Assembly (NCBI GenBank): GCA_024275045.1
Contig: JAJRZX010000041.1
Coordinates: 1-54,177, forward strand
Length of the DNA: 54,177 nt
From: Deltaproteobacteria bacterium
GTDB taxonomy: Bacteria > Desulfobacterota > GWC2-55-46 > JADFVP01
Reading direction: 5' to 3'
Under the pieces are notes generated by a model that saw nothing but the letters and a program-made list of their open reading frames with translations, ran no database searches and was not told where the DNA came from. The translations under genes were made by a program, and so were the position numbers. Each line of letters opens with the position of its first letter. Position 1 is the stretch's first letter. This document shows positions 1-10,196 of the stretch, piece after piece.

Positions 1-1
1 G

Positions 2-616
2 AAAGACGCATACACCAAAGGGCATTCGCACAGGGTCTCGGCCTACAGCGCGGTTGTGGCAGAGAAGATGGGGTGGGGAAATACCAGAGTAGAGGGCATA
101 AAGGTAGCGGGGCTTCTCCACGACATAGGCAAGATTACGGTGGATAAGACCATAATCAACAAGGCCAGCCCCCTTACAAGCATGGAGTCAAGAGAGCTGA
201 ACTCACACCCCGTAGTGGGTTATGAGATACTCTCGAAGATTCATTTCCCCTGGAAGGGTGTTGCCATGATGACGCGTAACCACCATGAGAAGGTTGACGG
301 CTCCGGGTACCCGGACAGGCTTGAGCGTGATGAGATACCGGCAGGGGCCAGAGTAATGGCCCTTATGGACGCCTTTGACGCCATGACCACGGACAGGCCC
401 TACAGACCGCGTCTCAGCTTCAACGCGGCTATCACCGAGATTAAGACCCATACAGGCACTCAGTTTGAGCCCGCCGCTGTGGTGGCCTTTATGAACGTAA
501 TCCTTGATGAGGTTAACGGCGAGGCCGAGCGGCCCACTATTATGCCGCTCCTTGCAGAGCGCCTTGATTTACAGGAGGTTAGAAACCTTGTAGGGGACTT
601 TGCCGCACGTCTGTGA
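2..616 (+). CDS. HD-GYP domain protein (c-di-GMP phosphodiesterase family), 5'-truncated by window edge
   Basis: Frame is open from base 2 (KDAYTKGHSHRV); motifs LLHDIGK, HHEKVDGSGYP, DAFDAMTTDRPYR. Confidence 0.9.
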   Translation, partial: KDAYTKGHSHRVSAYSAVVAEKMGWGNTRVEGIKVAGLLHDIGKITVDKTIINKASPLTSMESRELNSHPVVGYEILSKIHFPWKGVAMMTRNHHEKVDGSGYPDRLERDEIPAGARVMALMDAFDAMTTDRPYRPRLSFNAAITEIKTHTGTQFEPAAVVAFMNVILDEVNGEAERPTIMPLLAERLDLQEVRNLVGDFAARL

Positions 617-640
617 TTTTTTTTACTAATATGATGATAC

Positions 641-670
641 AAAAAAAGGGCCCTTTAGGGTCCTTTTTTT
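641..670. terminator. Probable bidirectional intrinsic terminator
   Basis: AAAAAAAGGGCCC-TTTA-GGGTCCTTTTTTT hairpin with A and T tracts, just after the HD-GYP stop. Confidence 0.75.
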
Positions 671-994
671 GTCTTCATGGCACTTTTTTGGCGCAGGCTC
701 TCCCCTGTTGTTCTTTCTATACCTGCGCGGCGCAAAAAAACATTGTGGCGGTTTTACAGGCTCACGCCAATCCCATCCTCATTTTTCCAATCATCCCTTG
801 ACCGCGTAAACCTTTCTATATAGAATAATAACTCGGCTTTTCAGCATTTTTGCACGCCCTTCTCAAGACGGTTTTTGGGGCCTATGTGTTATGTATGGGC
901 CGACCTCCACGGGTTGACCTCTTACCTTTCTTTATTGTAATGTTGGTTTTTTCTTTTATTTTAAAAATCTTCTCTTAAATGCGCGGGGTATTTT

Positions 995-2731
995 ATGGCT
1001 ATGAAAAAACGCTGGAAAATAACTCCCCTTGATAAGGCCCTGCAGGATAAGCTGGTTAAGGACCTTGAGATACTTCCCCTTACGGCACGGATACTCATTA
1101 ACAGAGGTCTTGGTGACATCGAGAGGGCTTCTGCTTTTTTACGTCCCGGCCTTGAGGACCTTCACGACCCCTTTCTCTTTAAAGATATGGATAAGGCCGT
1201 CCGCCGCGTGGAGCAGGCCCTTGCAAAAGGCGAGGGCATCGCTGTATGGGGCGATTATGATGTTGACGGCACGAGCTCGGCGGCCCTTATATACCTCTTC
1301 TTTAAATCAATTGGGCACGAGATTCTTACCTATATCCCGGAGAGAAAGTCCGAGGGGTATGGCCTGAACATTGAGGGACTGAAGGGCCTTGGGGCAAAGG
1401 GCGTTAAGGTTGTTATTACAGTGGATTGCGGCACCTCCAACCACGAGGAAATCATTGCCGCAGCAGAGCTTGGTATTGATATTATCGTAACCGACCACCA
1501 TGAGCCCACCTCGCGCGCCCTGCCTGCCTATGCCTTTATAAACCCGCGTCAAGACGGCTGCGCCTTTCCATTTAAGTCCCTTGCAGGCGTTGGTGTGGCC
1601 TTTAATTTTATCATGGCCTTAAGATCAAGGCTTAGAGAGAGCGGTCTCATAGCGGGCAAGGGACCGAACCTCAAGAGGTTTTTTGATCTTGTGGCCATAG
1701 GCACTGTATCTGATATGGTGCCACTTATTGATGAGAACAGGATATTCGTGCGCTACGGGCTTATTGAACTTGGAGAGACAAAAAAACCCGGTCTCATAGC
1801 CCTTAAGAACGTATCCGGGCTGCGCCCCGGGACCCTTGAGACACATCACATTGGTTTTAAGCTTGCCCCTCGAATTAACGCGGCAGGGCGCATCGCACGG
1901 GCCGATAGGGCGCTGCGTATGCTTATAACTGAAAATACCGCCGAGGCCGAGGCAATAGCCCAGGCCATTGATGAGGCCAATACCTCGCGTCGGGAGATGG
2001 AGAGTCACATCCTTGATGAGGCCCTGCTCATGGCCGAGGGCATTCTAAAGGCCGATACAGGGGAGAGGCGCGCAATGGTCCTTGCCTCAGAAAACTGGCA
2101 TGAGGGTGTTATCGGCATTGTTGCCTCAAGGCTTACTGAATCTCTGGGCCTTCCCGTTGTAATGATAGCCCTTGACGGAGAGATGGGACGCGGCTCTGCA
2201 AGGGGTGTTAAGGCATTTAATATTCTTGAGGGCATAAAACATTCATCAGCCTCGCTTATACGGTACGGCGGGCACAGGGCTGCCGCCGGGTTTTCTCTTT
2301 CCCGCGATAAGGTGGGTACCTTTACAGAGCAATTTCTCTCCTATGCCGGAGAGACCCTTACCGCAGAGGACCTTGTCCCGGAGGTAGAGCTTGACGCCGC
2401 TGTCTCGTTAAAAGAGATGAGCCTTCAGGCCATAGCAGAGATAGAGCGTCTTGCCCCTTTTGGCATGGCCAACCGCGAGCCCCTCTTATGTCTTCGCGGT
2501 ACCACTGTTATGGATACAAAAGTAGTGGGGGGCAGGCACCTCAGTTTCAGGCTTACCGAGGACGGTGCCCGGGCCCGCGGCATAGGTTTTGGCATGGCAG
2601 GCATGCAGGGGCTTGGTGGTGCGGGTTTTTCTCTTGCCTTCTCGCCCTACAGGGATACCTGGGGAGGGGCCGTAAAGCCGGGTTTCAGGATACGCGAGGT
2701 ATCAAAGACCTCTGATGTTTTTTCCACATAG
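995..2731 (+). CDS. recJ: Single-stranded DNA exonuclease RecJ
   Basis: GDYDVDG, ITVDCG, TDHH, APRINAAGR, GRGSAR and GGHRAAAG motifs. Confidence 0.97.
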   Translation: MAMKKRWKITPLDKALQDKLVKDLEILPLTARILINRGLGDIERASAFLRPGLEDLHDPFLFKDMDKAVRRVEQALAKGEGIAVWGDYDVDGTSSAALIYLFFKSIGHEILTYIPERKSEGYGLNIEGLKGLGAKGVKVVITVDCGTSNHEEIIAAAELGIDIIVTDHHEPTSRALPAYAFINPRQDGCAFPFKSLAGVGVAFNFIMALRSRLRESGLIAGKGPNLKRFFDLVAIGTVSDMVPLIDENRIFVRYGLIELGETKKPGLIALKNVSGLRPGTLETHHIGFKLAPRINAAGRIARADRALRMLITENTAEAEAIAQAIDEANTSRREMESHILDEALLMAEGILKADTGERRAMVLASENWHEGVIGIVASRLTESLGLPVVMIALDGEMGRGSARGVKAFNILEGIKHSSASLIRYGGHRAAAGFSLSRDKVGTFTEQFLSYAGETLTAEDLVPEVELDAAVSLKEMSLQAIAEIERLAPFGMANREPLLCLRGTTVMDTKVVGGRHLSFRLTEDGARARGIGFGMAGMQGLGGAGFSLAFSPYRDTWGGAVKPGFRIREVSKTSDVFST

Positions 2732-2929
2732 GCGGCCTGGGGCGTGAGAAAGTCCTGGTGTGCATCATGGGGGGGTGCGAGTATAAAAGACCCCTCAGAT
2801 GTTTTCTCTTAAAAACAAGGGACAAAAAAACACCGCGCCTGCCATACTGCTGAGGCAAGAAAAAGACCTCCTTTTAAGAGGATTTTACAGCGATAAAACA
2901 GATTTCGTCAATGAGTAATAAAAAATAGG

Positions 2930-2958
2930 TTGCGCTCTTTATCCTGCTGATATATATT
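2930..2958 (+). promoter_or_regulatory. Putative sigma70 promoter
   Basis: TTGCGC-17 nt-TATATT about 170 nt upstream of the methyltransferase. Confidence 0.45.
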
Positions 2959-3130
2959 AGATAATATCCAAGTGTGCCGACTCCACCCGTAAAGGCTGAG
3001 ACTGAATATCCTTATCTTTGCCTATTTGGTGGACGGATAACTTGTTATCCCTTATATAGCTCTTGTGAATTATGTTGAAAAGAACCGGTATCGGGATTAT
3101 GGCCGGTAAGTTTATTATCTGGAGGAAGAG

Positions 3131-3799
3131 TTGAAGAAAGAAATGTCTATGCAGGAACCCTTTCTGGGAGGAGGGCAGTCATTAGAGATAGAGAGCATCA
3201 AGAAGGTCTACGCGGCTTATTCCAGTGTATATGATATGCTTTTTAAGAGATTTTTTTACCCCAGGATTAGCAACGCAATTACTACAATGGATATAAAACC
3301 CGGCGAGCGCATACTTGATGTAGGCGTGGGAACGGGGCTCTCCATGTCAGTATACCCCAGGCATTGCAAGGTCGTAGGCATAGACCTATCAAGGGAGATG
3401 CTTAAAAAAGCCAAGAAAAAAATAGACGATAACCGCCTTGATAATATAAACGTTCTCAGCATGGACGCCATGAGCGTTGGTTTTGCCGATAACTCTTTTG
3501 ACAAGGTCTTTATCTCACATGTGGTAAGCGTTGTTCCCGACCCATATCGTGTTATGGAAGAGGTAAAGAGGGTCTGCAAAAAAGACGGCGTAGTTGTTGT
3601 GGTGAACCACTTTAAGAGCAAGAATCCTTTTATTGAGATGTGCGAGAAGTGGATGAACCCGCTCTGTAAGAAGATTGGCTGGAGGTCAGACCTCTCCCTT
3701 AACGAGTTTGTGAGAAACGCGGGGCTTAAGGTAACAAAACAGTATATGCTGAAAAAGCTCGACTTCTGGCATATAGTCTTCGCCACAAACGAGAAGTAA
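3131..3799 (+). CDS. Class I SAM methyltransferase, phospholipid N-methyltransferase (Rhodobacter-type PmtA)-like
   Basis: ILDVGVGTG SAM motif, N-terminal Y..YSSVYD..F, VVSVVPDP and VVNHF motifs; GGAGG RBS before TTG. Confidence 0.75.
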   Translation: MKKEMSMQEPFLGGGQSLEIESIKKVYAAYSSVYDMLFKRFFYPRISNAITTMDIKPGERILDVGVGTGLSMSVYPRHCKVVGIDLSREMLKKAKKKIDDNRLDNINVLSMDAMSVGFADNSFDKVFISHVVSVVPDPYRVMEEVKRVCKKDGVVVVVNHFKSKNPFIEMCEKWMNPLCKKIGWRSDLSLNEFVRNAGLKVTKQYMLKKLDFWHIVFATNEK

Positions 3800-4174
3800 G
3801 ACGCGCCCTCCTGGCAGGTTTCGGGGCTGATGGTATGGTGGGGTGATAGGGTAATCTTGCAGGGGCTCTGTTTTCGGGGCTGTACCGCATGGTGCATGCG
3901 CGGTCTTAGAGGGAGATTTTCTCCTGCGGAGTACTCCGGGGGGGTCTAAGCGGGCCTTTTTTTAAAGGAGTTTTTTTCTTCTTACCTCTTCAGGGCTCTT
4001 CTGTGTTGAGGGTTTTTTCCCTCTCACGGTCTTGACTGAATAATTTTTTAATGGCGGGCTCCGGCGCCGTTCTTTCCCTTACTCCGACTGCACCCTCCCT
4101 GTAATGGCCGGAGGTCCTCAGAAACCTTGCAAACCCAAGAGCCTGCAAAATCACTTAAATACAGACTTAAGCTA

Positions 4175-4603
4175 ATGACCACGGCGGACCTTGACGAGGT
4201 TCTCGTTATTGAGAAGGCATCTTTTGCCATGCCGTGGACAAGGGACCAGTTTGAGAGAGAGATAGAGAACCCCATATCCTATCCCTACGCCCTTCATGTT
4301 GAGGGTGAGAACGGCACGAGCTGTATTGGCGCTTATGTGATTTTCTGGATAGTATACGACGAGGCCCATATACTGGACCTTGCCGTTGCCCCGGGGCTGA
4401 GGCGGCGCGGCATAGCCACGTGGCTCTTTAAGAGAGTCATTGATATGTTTCACGAGGCATATGTGGCAGGGGCCTTTCTTGAGGTTAGAAAGTCCAATAC
4501 CGCGGCCATACGGCTTTACAGGAACTTTGGTTTTAAGGAATCCTATGAGCGAAAGCGCTATTACGGCGATGAGGACGCCCTTGTGATGACCCTTGTATTT
4601 TAA
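4175..4603 (+). CDS. rimI: Ribosomal protein S18-alanine N-acetyltransferase
   Basis: IEKASFAMPW, EAHILDLAV, RRRGIA, FLEVRKSN, RKRYY..EDALVM; start placed at ATG 4175 (track starts at 4127). Confidence 0.9.
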   Translation: MTTADLDEVLVIEKASFAMPWTRDQFEREIENPISYPYALHVEGENGTSCIGAYVIFWIVYDEAHILDLAVAPGLRRRGIATWLFKRVIDMFHEAYVAGAFLEVRKSNTAAIRLYRNFGFKESYERKRYYGDEDALVMTLVF

Positions 4604-4637
4604 CTCTTTTGTCTGTGTATGAGGTATTAGACTGAAT

Positions 4638-5468
4638 ATGAAGGCTTTTTCAAGGGCTACGGTCCTTTATAACAGAGAGTCAGAGTGCGGAGCCCGCAGG
4701 CTTGGCCTTAAGCTTAAGGCGGATGGGCTGCGGCCGGGGCATTTTTTTATGCTGCGAAGCCCCAATACCATTGACCCGCTGCTTAGCCGTCCGCTTGGCC
4801 TGTATCGCGTTCTTGATGCCGCGGGAGAGGTTCTTCCCGTGAAGAGGCAGAGCCCTTTTTCGGGCGAGGGTATTGAGTTTCTCTATAACGTCGTGGGCAG
4901 AGGCACTACGCTCCTCTCAGAGAAGCAGCCAGGTGATGAGTTGCAGCTCCTGGGCCCTCTTGGTAATGGTTTTCCCCTGCCGCAGGATTTGGGTACAGAC
5001 AAAGCCATTATGGTAGGCGGGGGCATGGGTATTGTGCCCTTTTACCTTATGGCCGCGCTCTTAAAGGACGGTCTTTTTTTATTCGGGGCAAGAGGCGCCG
5101 CAGATGCCGCTCTTGCTGAAGATTTCTCCGGACTCCCCTGCAGGGTGGAGGTCTCTACGGAAGACGGGAGCGTGGGCGCAAAGGGGCTTGTAACGGCTCT
5201 GCTTGCCAGAGAGTTAACCCCTGACTCACTTGTATATGCCTGCGGCCCTCCGGCTATGCTTAAGGCCGTTGCCGCAATGGCCGCCAGTGCGGGGGCCAGG
5301 TCTTACGTATCCCTGGAAAAGACAATGGCCTGCGGGATAGGGGTATGCCTTGGGTGCGCCGTGAAGATAAAAGCAGAGCACGCCGGGGCGCGGGGACAAT
5401 TGAAAATGGTCTGCTCAGAGGGCCCTGTATTTGATAGCGTCACCATTGACTGGGATGATATTTGCTGA
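4638..5468 (+). CDS. pyrK: Dihydroorotate dehydrogenase electron transfer subunit
   Basis: GPLGNGF, VGGGMG, ACGP, MACGIGVCLGC...VCSEGPVF 2Fe-2S motif; directly upstream of pyrD. Confidence 0.93.
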   Translation: MKAFSRATVLYNRESECGARRLGLKLKADGLRPGHFFMLRSPNTIDPLLSRPLGLYRVLDAAGEVLPVKRQSPFSGEGIEFLYNVVGRGTTLLSEKQPGDELQLLGPLGNGFPLPQDLGTDKAIMVGGGMGIVPFYLMAALLKDGLFLFGARGAADAALAEDFSGLPCRVEVSTEDGSVGAKGLVTALLARELTPDSLVYACGPPAMLKAVAAMAASAGARSYVSLEKTMACGIGVCLGCAVKIKAEHAGARGQLKMVCSEGPVFDSVTIDWDDIC

Positions 5469-5482
5469 GTAAGAGTAAGTGA

Positions 5483-6430
5483 GTGAGTGAAAAAAACTTG
5501 CATATAAAAGAGAACAAAATCGACTCCTCCGTCTCCCTTGGGGGACTGAACCTGAAGAACCCGGTAATGACGGCATCGGGCACCTTTGGTTACGGCCTTG
5601 AGTTTACACCTTTCATGGACCTGGCCTCTCTTGGGGCAATAATAGTAAAGGGACTTTCCTTAAAACCGCGCTGCGGCAACCCTGCACCAAGGATAGCCGA
5701 GACGCCATGCGGTATGCTAAACGCCATAGGGCTGCAGAACATCGGCGTAGATGCTTTTATCAGCGACAAACTGCCCCTTCTCGCAGATATTGATACCCAT
5801 GTCATAGCCAATATCTTTGGCGAGACCGTAGAGCAGTACTGCGAAGTTGCCCGCAGGCTTGAAGACTGCGAGACCGTTAAGGCTGTTGAGATAAATATAT
5901 CATGCCCAAATGTAAAGAGAGGCGGAATCGTCTTCGGGGTAGACCCTGTGGAGGCCGCAAAGGTGGTAAGTACCGTCAAAAAATCTGTAAAGCGCCTTCA
6001 TGTAATGACCAAACTCTCGCCTAATGTAACGGACATAAAGGTAATGGTGCGGGCCGTGGAAGAGGCTGGCACAGACTCCATATCTCTTATAAACACCCTC
6101 TCGGGCATGGCCGTTGATGTTGAGAAGCGAAGCCCACGCCTTGGTACTGTTACGGGCGGTTTGTCAGGCCCTGCCATACGCCCCGTTGCCCTTAAGATGC
6201 TCTGGGAGGCCGCAGGCGTTGCCGCCGTGCCTTTAATCGGGGTAGGCGGTATTACCACTACCCGCGATGCCCTTGAGTTTATCATCGCAGGGGCCGCTGC
6301 CGTGCAGGTTGGTACGGCAAGTTTTATGGACCCCTCTGCCTCGCAATCAGTTGCGCACGGCATAGATGATTACCTTAAGAGGCACTCCATGACCCTCTCC
6401 GAGCTTCGGGGCTCACTCTCTACCCCCTGA
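5483..6430 (+). CDS. pyrD: Dihydroorotate dehydrogenase class 1B catalytic subunit
   Basis: NPVMTASGTFGYG, NAIGLQN, EINISCPNV, KLSPNV, GGLSGPAI. Confidence 0.96.
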   Translation: MSEKNLHIKENKIDSSVSLGGLNLKNPVMTASGTFGYGLEFTPFMDLASLGAIIVKGLSLKPRCGNPAPRIAETPCGMLNAIGLQNIGVDAFISDKLPLLADIDTHVIANIFGETVEQYCEVARRLEDCETVKAVEINISCPNVKRGGIVFGVDPVEAAKVVSTVKKSVKRLHVMTKLSPNVTDIKVMVRAVEEAGTDSISLINTLSGMAVDVEKRSPRLGTVTGGLSGPAIRPVALKMLWEAAGVAAVPLIGVGGITTTRDALEFIIAGAAAVQVGTASFMDPSASQSVAHGIDDYLKRHSMTLSELRGSLSTP

Positions 6431-6474
6431 AGCACCCCCCCCCTCACATCTCACCTTCCCCCACTTTCTTGTAC

Positions 6475-6502
6475 TTGACAGAGGGGGGCTTTATGATAGG
6501 CT
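6475..6502 (+). promoter_or_regulatory. Putative sigma70 promoter for CDGSH gene
   Basis: TTGACA (6475-6480) and extended -10 TGaTAGGCT; GGAGG RBS before ATG 6533. Confidence 0.55.
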
Positions 6503-6532
6503 TTAATTATTAAAAATACAGGAGGTTTTTCT

Positions 6533-6772
6533 ATGAGCGAGCCGGTTATTTTTGCGAAGAAAGCCGTTGTTTTGGAACTTGATAAAGGTACTTACTACTG
6601 GTGCAGCTGCGGCCGCTCTGCGACTCAGCCTTTTTGCGACGGTACTCATAAGGAGCGTGGTGAGTTTGAGCCTGTAGTATTTGAGATAGAAGAGAAAAAA
6701 AAGGTGCCGCTCTGTAACTGCAAAAAAACAGAGGCCCCGCCTTTTTGCGACGGCGCGCATAAAGACCTCTGA
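6533..6772 (+). CDS. Tandem CDGSH 2Fe-2S (NEET/MiNT-like) protein
   Basis: WCSCGRSATQPFCDGTH and LCNCKKTEAPPFCDGAH. Confidence 0.93.
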   Translation: MSEPVIFAKKAVVLELDKGTYYWCSCGRSATQPFCDGTHKERGEFEPVVFEIEEKKKVPLCNCKKTEAPPFCDGAHKDL

Positions 6773-6802
6773 GAATGGGTTTTTTTACCCTCCAGGCTGC
6801 GG

Positions 6803-6830
6803 AGCAGGACAGCTCTGTCCTGCTACTTTT
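6803..6830. terminator. Hairpin/terminator between convergent genes
   Basis: AGCAGGACAG-CT-CTGTCCTGCT followed by ACTTTT. Confidence 0.55.
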
Positions 6831-6858
6831 ATCTTTGGCTTTTTTTAAAAAACACCTA

Positions 6859-8601
6859 TCAGCTTTTTGTTATCATAAGGCTGTCGTGCTTTAAGATTTT
6901 CTGGTTGTATGTCATTAGCAGGGCGCTCTTTTTAAGTATGCCCAGCACCTTCTTTGGATTATCGCGGCTTACTACGGGCAGCGTTGATATCTGCTTACCC
7001 TCGAATATATTAAAGGCCCTCTCGAAGTTATCAAAGGGGCCGATAGTCTCAACATCTCGTGTCATTATCTCACCTGCCACTACAAGCTCGCAGAGGTCTT
7101 TCATCTCAGCCATAATAGGCCTGAGGTCGCTTACGGATAACATGCCGGTAAGCTCTCTTGCCTCGTTAAATACAAGAAAATGCGGGTAATCGCTCTCCTC
7201 TATTCTTAAAATAATCTCCCCAAGCGGTGTTGACTCCATAAGGCTTGGAAAGCTCTTTTCCATGTAATCACCTACACGTATGGAGCGCAGTATGTTTATG
7301 TCCCTGCCGCGTACAAGTTTTATCCCCTTTTTGATGAGTTTCGCCTCGTATATGGAGTGACCCTGTATGGATTGTACGATTACAAGGCTCGCTATGCAGC
7401 TTGTCATAAGGGGCAGTATTATCTGAAAGTCATAGGTAAGCTCGAATATGGTGAATATGGCTGTTATTGGCGCTAATGTGCTGCCGGCCACAACCGCGCC
7501 CATGCCCACAAGGGCGTAGGCCGCAAATGGGGCTACTGTGCCGGGAAATAACGTGTGAGAGAGGATTCCGAAGGCCCCTCCAAGCATGCTTCCAAGGACA
7601 AGCGAGGGCGCGAAGATGCCCCCTGATAGCCCTGAGCCAACAGAGAGGCATGTTGCCAGAAGTTTAAAGATTATCATAAGCAGCATGAGCCCCAGCGCGG
7701 CCTTTGCCGTAAATACAAGGTTCACGGACTCGTACCCCACGCCAAGGACATGGGGCAGCCAGAGGGCGATGAGCCCCACGGCAAAACCTCCAATGGCAGG
7801 GCGTATATATATGGGAATACGAAAGCGGCTGAAGGTGTCCTCAACCCCGGAGGTAAGGCGGATAAAGGCTATGGAGACCCCTCCTGCCATGATGCCGAGG
7901 ATAATATAAAGGGGTATCTCCCAGTAGCTTACAAGGGTGTACTCAGGGACTTGAAACGCAGGCAGTACGCCAAGAAAGTGATATGAGATTACTGTTGCCG
8001 TTATGGAGGATATGGCTATGTGACTGAGGTAGCTTACCTGAAAATCAACGAGGATTATCTCGGCGGCAAAGAGCATGCCCGCCATTGGGGCGTTAAAGGT
8101 GGCGGCTATGCCCGCGGCTGCGCCGCAGGCCAGAAAGACCCGTTTCCACTCAGTGGGCAGCCTGATTATCTGCGCCAGCGAGGAGCCCACGGAGGCCCCT
8201 ATGTGTACAATGGGCCCCTCGCGGCCAACAGAGGCGCCCGTGCCGATGGATATAACTGTGGAGAGCATCTTAAAGAGCGTGGTGCGGTGCCTGATTACCC
8301 CCTCATGGACAATAACCGTCTCTATTACCTCGGGCACACCGGCTCCGCGCGTCTCAGGGGCGAGGAAGGCTATTATGGGGCCTACAAGCAGCCCGCCGCC
8401 GGCAGGTATGAGAAGTTTGAGGTACCAGGGCATGGCATAGGCGGCCTCGATAATATTTGAAGAATCTCCCCAGAAGAGCCCTACCGCGCCTATGAGCAGA
8501 TAACGAAAACCCACGGCAAGGCACCCTGTCACCACCCCTATGAGAACGGCAATGAGGAGCAGGGCCACGATGTTGTCCCTGGGGAATCTTATCTTCAGCA
8601 T
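6859..8601 (-). CDS. CLC anion channel/antiporter with C-terminal CBS pair (copy 1)
   Basis: GAGVPE, GREGP, GAAAGIAATFNAP, GGIFAP, SIYE motifs plus CBS domains. Confidence 0.95.
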   Translation of the reverse strand: MLKIRFPRDNIVALLLIAVLIGVVTGCLAVGFRYLLIGAVGLFWGDSSNIIEAAYAMPWYLKLLIPAGGGLLVGPIIAFLAPETRGAGVPEVIETVIVHEGVIRHRTTLFKMLSTVISIGTGASVGREGPIVHIGASVGSSLAQIIRLPTEWKRVFLACGAAAGIAATFNAPMAGMLFAAEIILVDFQVSYLSHIAISSITATVISYHFLGVLPAFQVPEYTLVSYWEIPLYIILGIMAGGVSIAFIRLTSGVEDTFSRFRIPIYIRPAIGGFAVGLIALWLPHVLGVGYESVNLVFTAKAALGLMLLMIIFKLLATCLSVGSGLSGGIFAPSLVLGSMLGGAFGILSHTLFPGTVAPFAAYALVGMGAVVAGSTLAPITAIFTIFELTYDFQIILPLMTSCIASLVIVQSIQGHSIYEAKLIKKGIKLVRGRDINILRSIRVGDYMEKSFPSLMESTPLGEIILRIEESDYPHFLVFNEARELTGMLSVSDLRPIMAEMKDLCELVVAGEIMTRDVETIGPFDNFERAFNIFEGKQISTLPVVSRDNPKKVLGILKKSALLMTYNQKILKHDSLMITKS

Positions 8602-8796
8602 TGAGGCAGCCTTAAAGAAGTTTTTTTGTTGTCCTGTGCCTTGTATGGTTAAGAAGCGTTAATTCTTATTCCCCTTGTATGGAATGTGGTTGTGTATGGA
8701 GTCTCTCATATTTGCTGTACATGGCCGTGAAATAAAAAAACAGCCCCATTATACAAGAGGGCCGCTTTTCTTCAGGATTATATTCGACCCGCTGCT

Positions 8797-9855
8797 CTAT
8801 GCCAGATCAAGTACGCTTATTTTTCCTGCCAGTGCGCAGGCGATATCCTTAAATGTCTTTGCCTGCTCTGAGTCCGGCTCCAGAAGCACTATGGGTTTAC
8901 CGCAGTCACCGCCCTCGCGCGTCTTAACGTCAAGGGGGAGCTTGCCAAGGAGCGGCACATCGTACCTCTCGCTTGTCTTCTCTCCGCCGCCGTGGCTGAA
9001 TATCTCCGTACTCTCACCGCAGTGGGGGCAGACAAAGAGGCTCATGTTCTCGATAATGCCAAGCACCGGCACCTTGACCTCGGCGAACATCTTTAAGGCG
9101 CGCCGCGCGTCAAGGAGCGCTATGTCCTGAGGCGTAGTGACGATAACCGTCCCTGTAAGCGGGATGGTCTGAACAAGGGTGAGCTGAACATCTCCCGTGC
9201 CCGGCGGAAGGTCTATAATAAGGTAATCAAGCTCGCCCCACTGCACGCCGTTAAGAAACTGCTGAATTAGCTGCATAACAAGGGGGCCCCGCCATATAAG
9301 AGGGGTCTCCTCATCAAGCATAAAACCCACGGAGATGAGCTTTACTCCGTGATTTTCTATTGGTATTAGCTTCTCATCCTCTGTTGCCTCAGGGGCCCGG
9401 TGTATGCCCATCATAAGCGGGATGCTGGGGCCGTAGACATCGGCGTCAAGAAGACCCACTTTCGCTCCTGTACCTGCCAACGCAAGAGCAAGGTTTACGG
9501 CTACCGTGGATTTACCTACGCCGCCCTTTCCGCTGGCAACGGCGATAGTGTTTTTTATCCCGGGTATAGGTGTCTTATCAGGCATTTTTCTGGACTGAGG
9601 CACATCGGCGGTTACGTCTATTTTTACCTCTTTTACGCCCTCTATTCCAAGGGCGGCAGCACGCGCCTGCTCTTCAAGTTCTTTTTTGAGCGGGCAGGCC
9701 GAGGTGGTAAGCACGAGTTTGAAGCTCACGGCAGAGCCGCTAATCTTTATCTCCCGTATCATATTGGCGGATACAAGGTCTTTATTAAGTTCAGGGTCCA
9801 TTACAGAGCTCAGCGCCCCAAGGACCATATCTTCTGTTATATTCTTATCTGTCAC
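8797..9855 (-). CDS. mrp: Mrp/ApbC/NBP35 Fe-S cluster carrier ATPase with N-terminal DUF59
   Basis: VMDPEL (DUF59), SGKGGVGKS, DADVYGPS, DLPPGTGD, ENMS.FVCPHC. Confidence 0.95.
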   Translation of the reverse strand: MTDKNITEDMVLGALSSVMDPELNKDLVSANMIREIKISGSAVSFKLVLTTSACPLKKELEEQARAAALGIEGVKEVKIDVTADVPQSRKMPDKTPIPGIKNTIAVASGKGGVGKSTVAVNLALALAGTGAKVGLLDADVYGPSIPLMMGIHRAPEATEDEKLIPIENHGVKLISVGFMLDEETPLIWRGPLVMQLIQQFLNGVQWGELDYLIIDLPPGTGDVQLTLVQTIPLTGTVIVTTPQDIALLDARRALKMFAEVKVPVLGIIENMSLFVCPHCGESTEIFSHGGGEKTSERYDVPLLGKLPLDVKTREGGDCGKPIVLLEPDSEQAKTFKDIACALAGKISVLDLA

Positions 9856-9997
9856 AGTATAGACCTCTTGTCTGAGGGTTTTTGTAGTTTATATATATCA
9901 AATCGGAGGGGGTAGGGGTGAACTTCACGCAGGACCCATCCTCTGTCCTGTGCCTGTATTCACTTACGAAACCGCCACCGCCCTCTCGGCAGTACCT

Positions 9998-10192
9998 TCA
10001 GAGGGCCTCGTTAATCTCTCTCATAAGGGCCTCAATATCAGCCCCGTCACGAAGCGCAGCTTCCTCGATGCTGACGGCGCCGCCGCAGCACGAATCTATA
10101 TTGAACCTTGTAAAGACTCCGATGGTGGAGGGGTGGAGCCTGATACAATCATTTACCGTAAGGTCGCGCCGCACCACTGTGTCATCACTCAT
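9998..10192 (-). CDS. Stand-alone DUF542/ScdA N-terminal (RIC/YtfE N-domain) protein
   Basis: LTVNDCIRLHPSTIGVFTRFNIDSCCGGAVSIEEAA matches the DxCCGG signature; ATG at 10192 lies 5 nt past the upstream stop. Confidence 0.85.
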   Translation of the reverse strand: MSDDTVVRRDLTVNDCIRLHPSTIGVFTRFNIDSCCGGAVSIEEAALRDGADIEALMREINEAL

Positions 10193-10196
10193 AACC

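Noticed and set aside
678-692. Sigma54-like site TGGCAC...TGGC upstream of recJ
   Set aside because: The -12 element deviates (TGGC, not TTGC), it is 300 nt from the start, and it adjoins a terminator.
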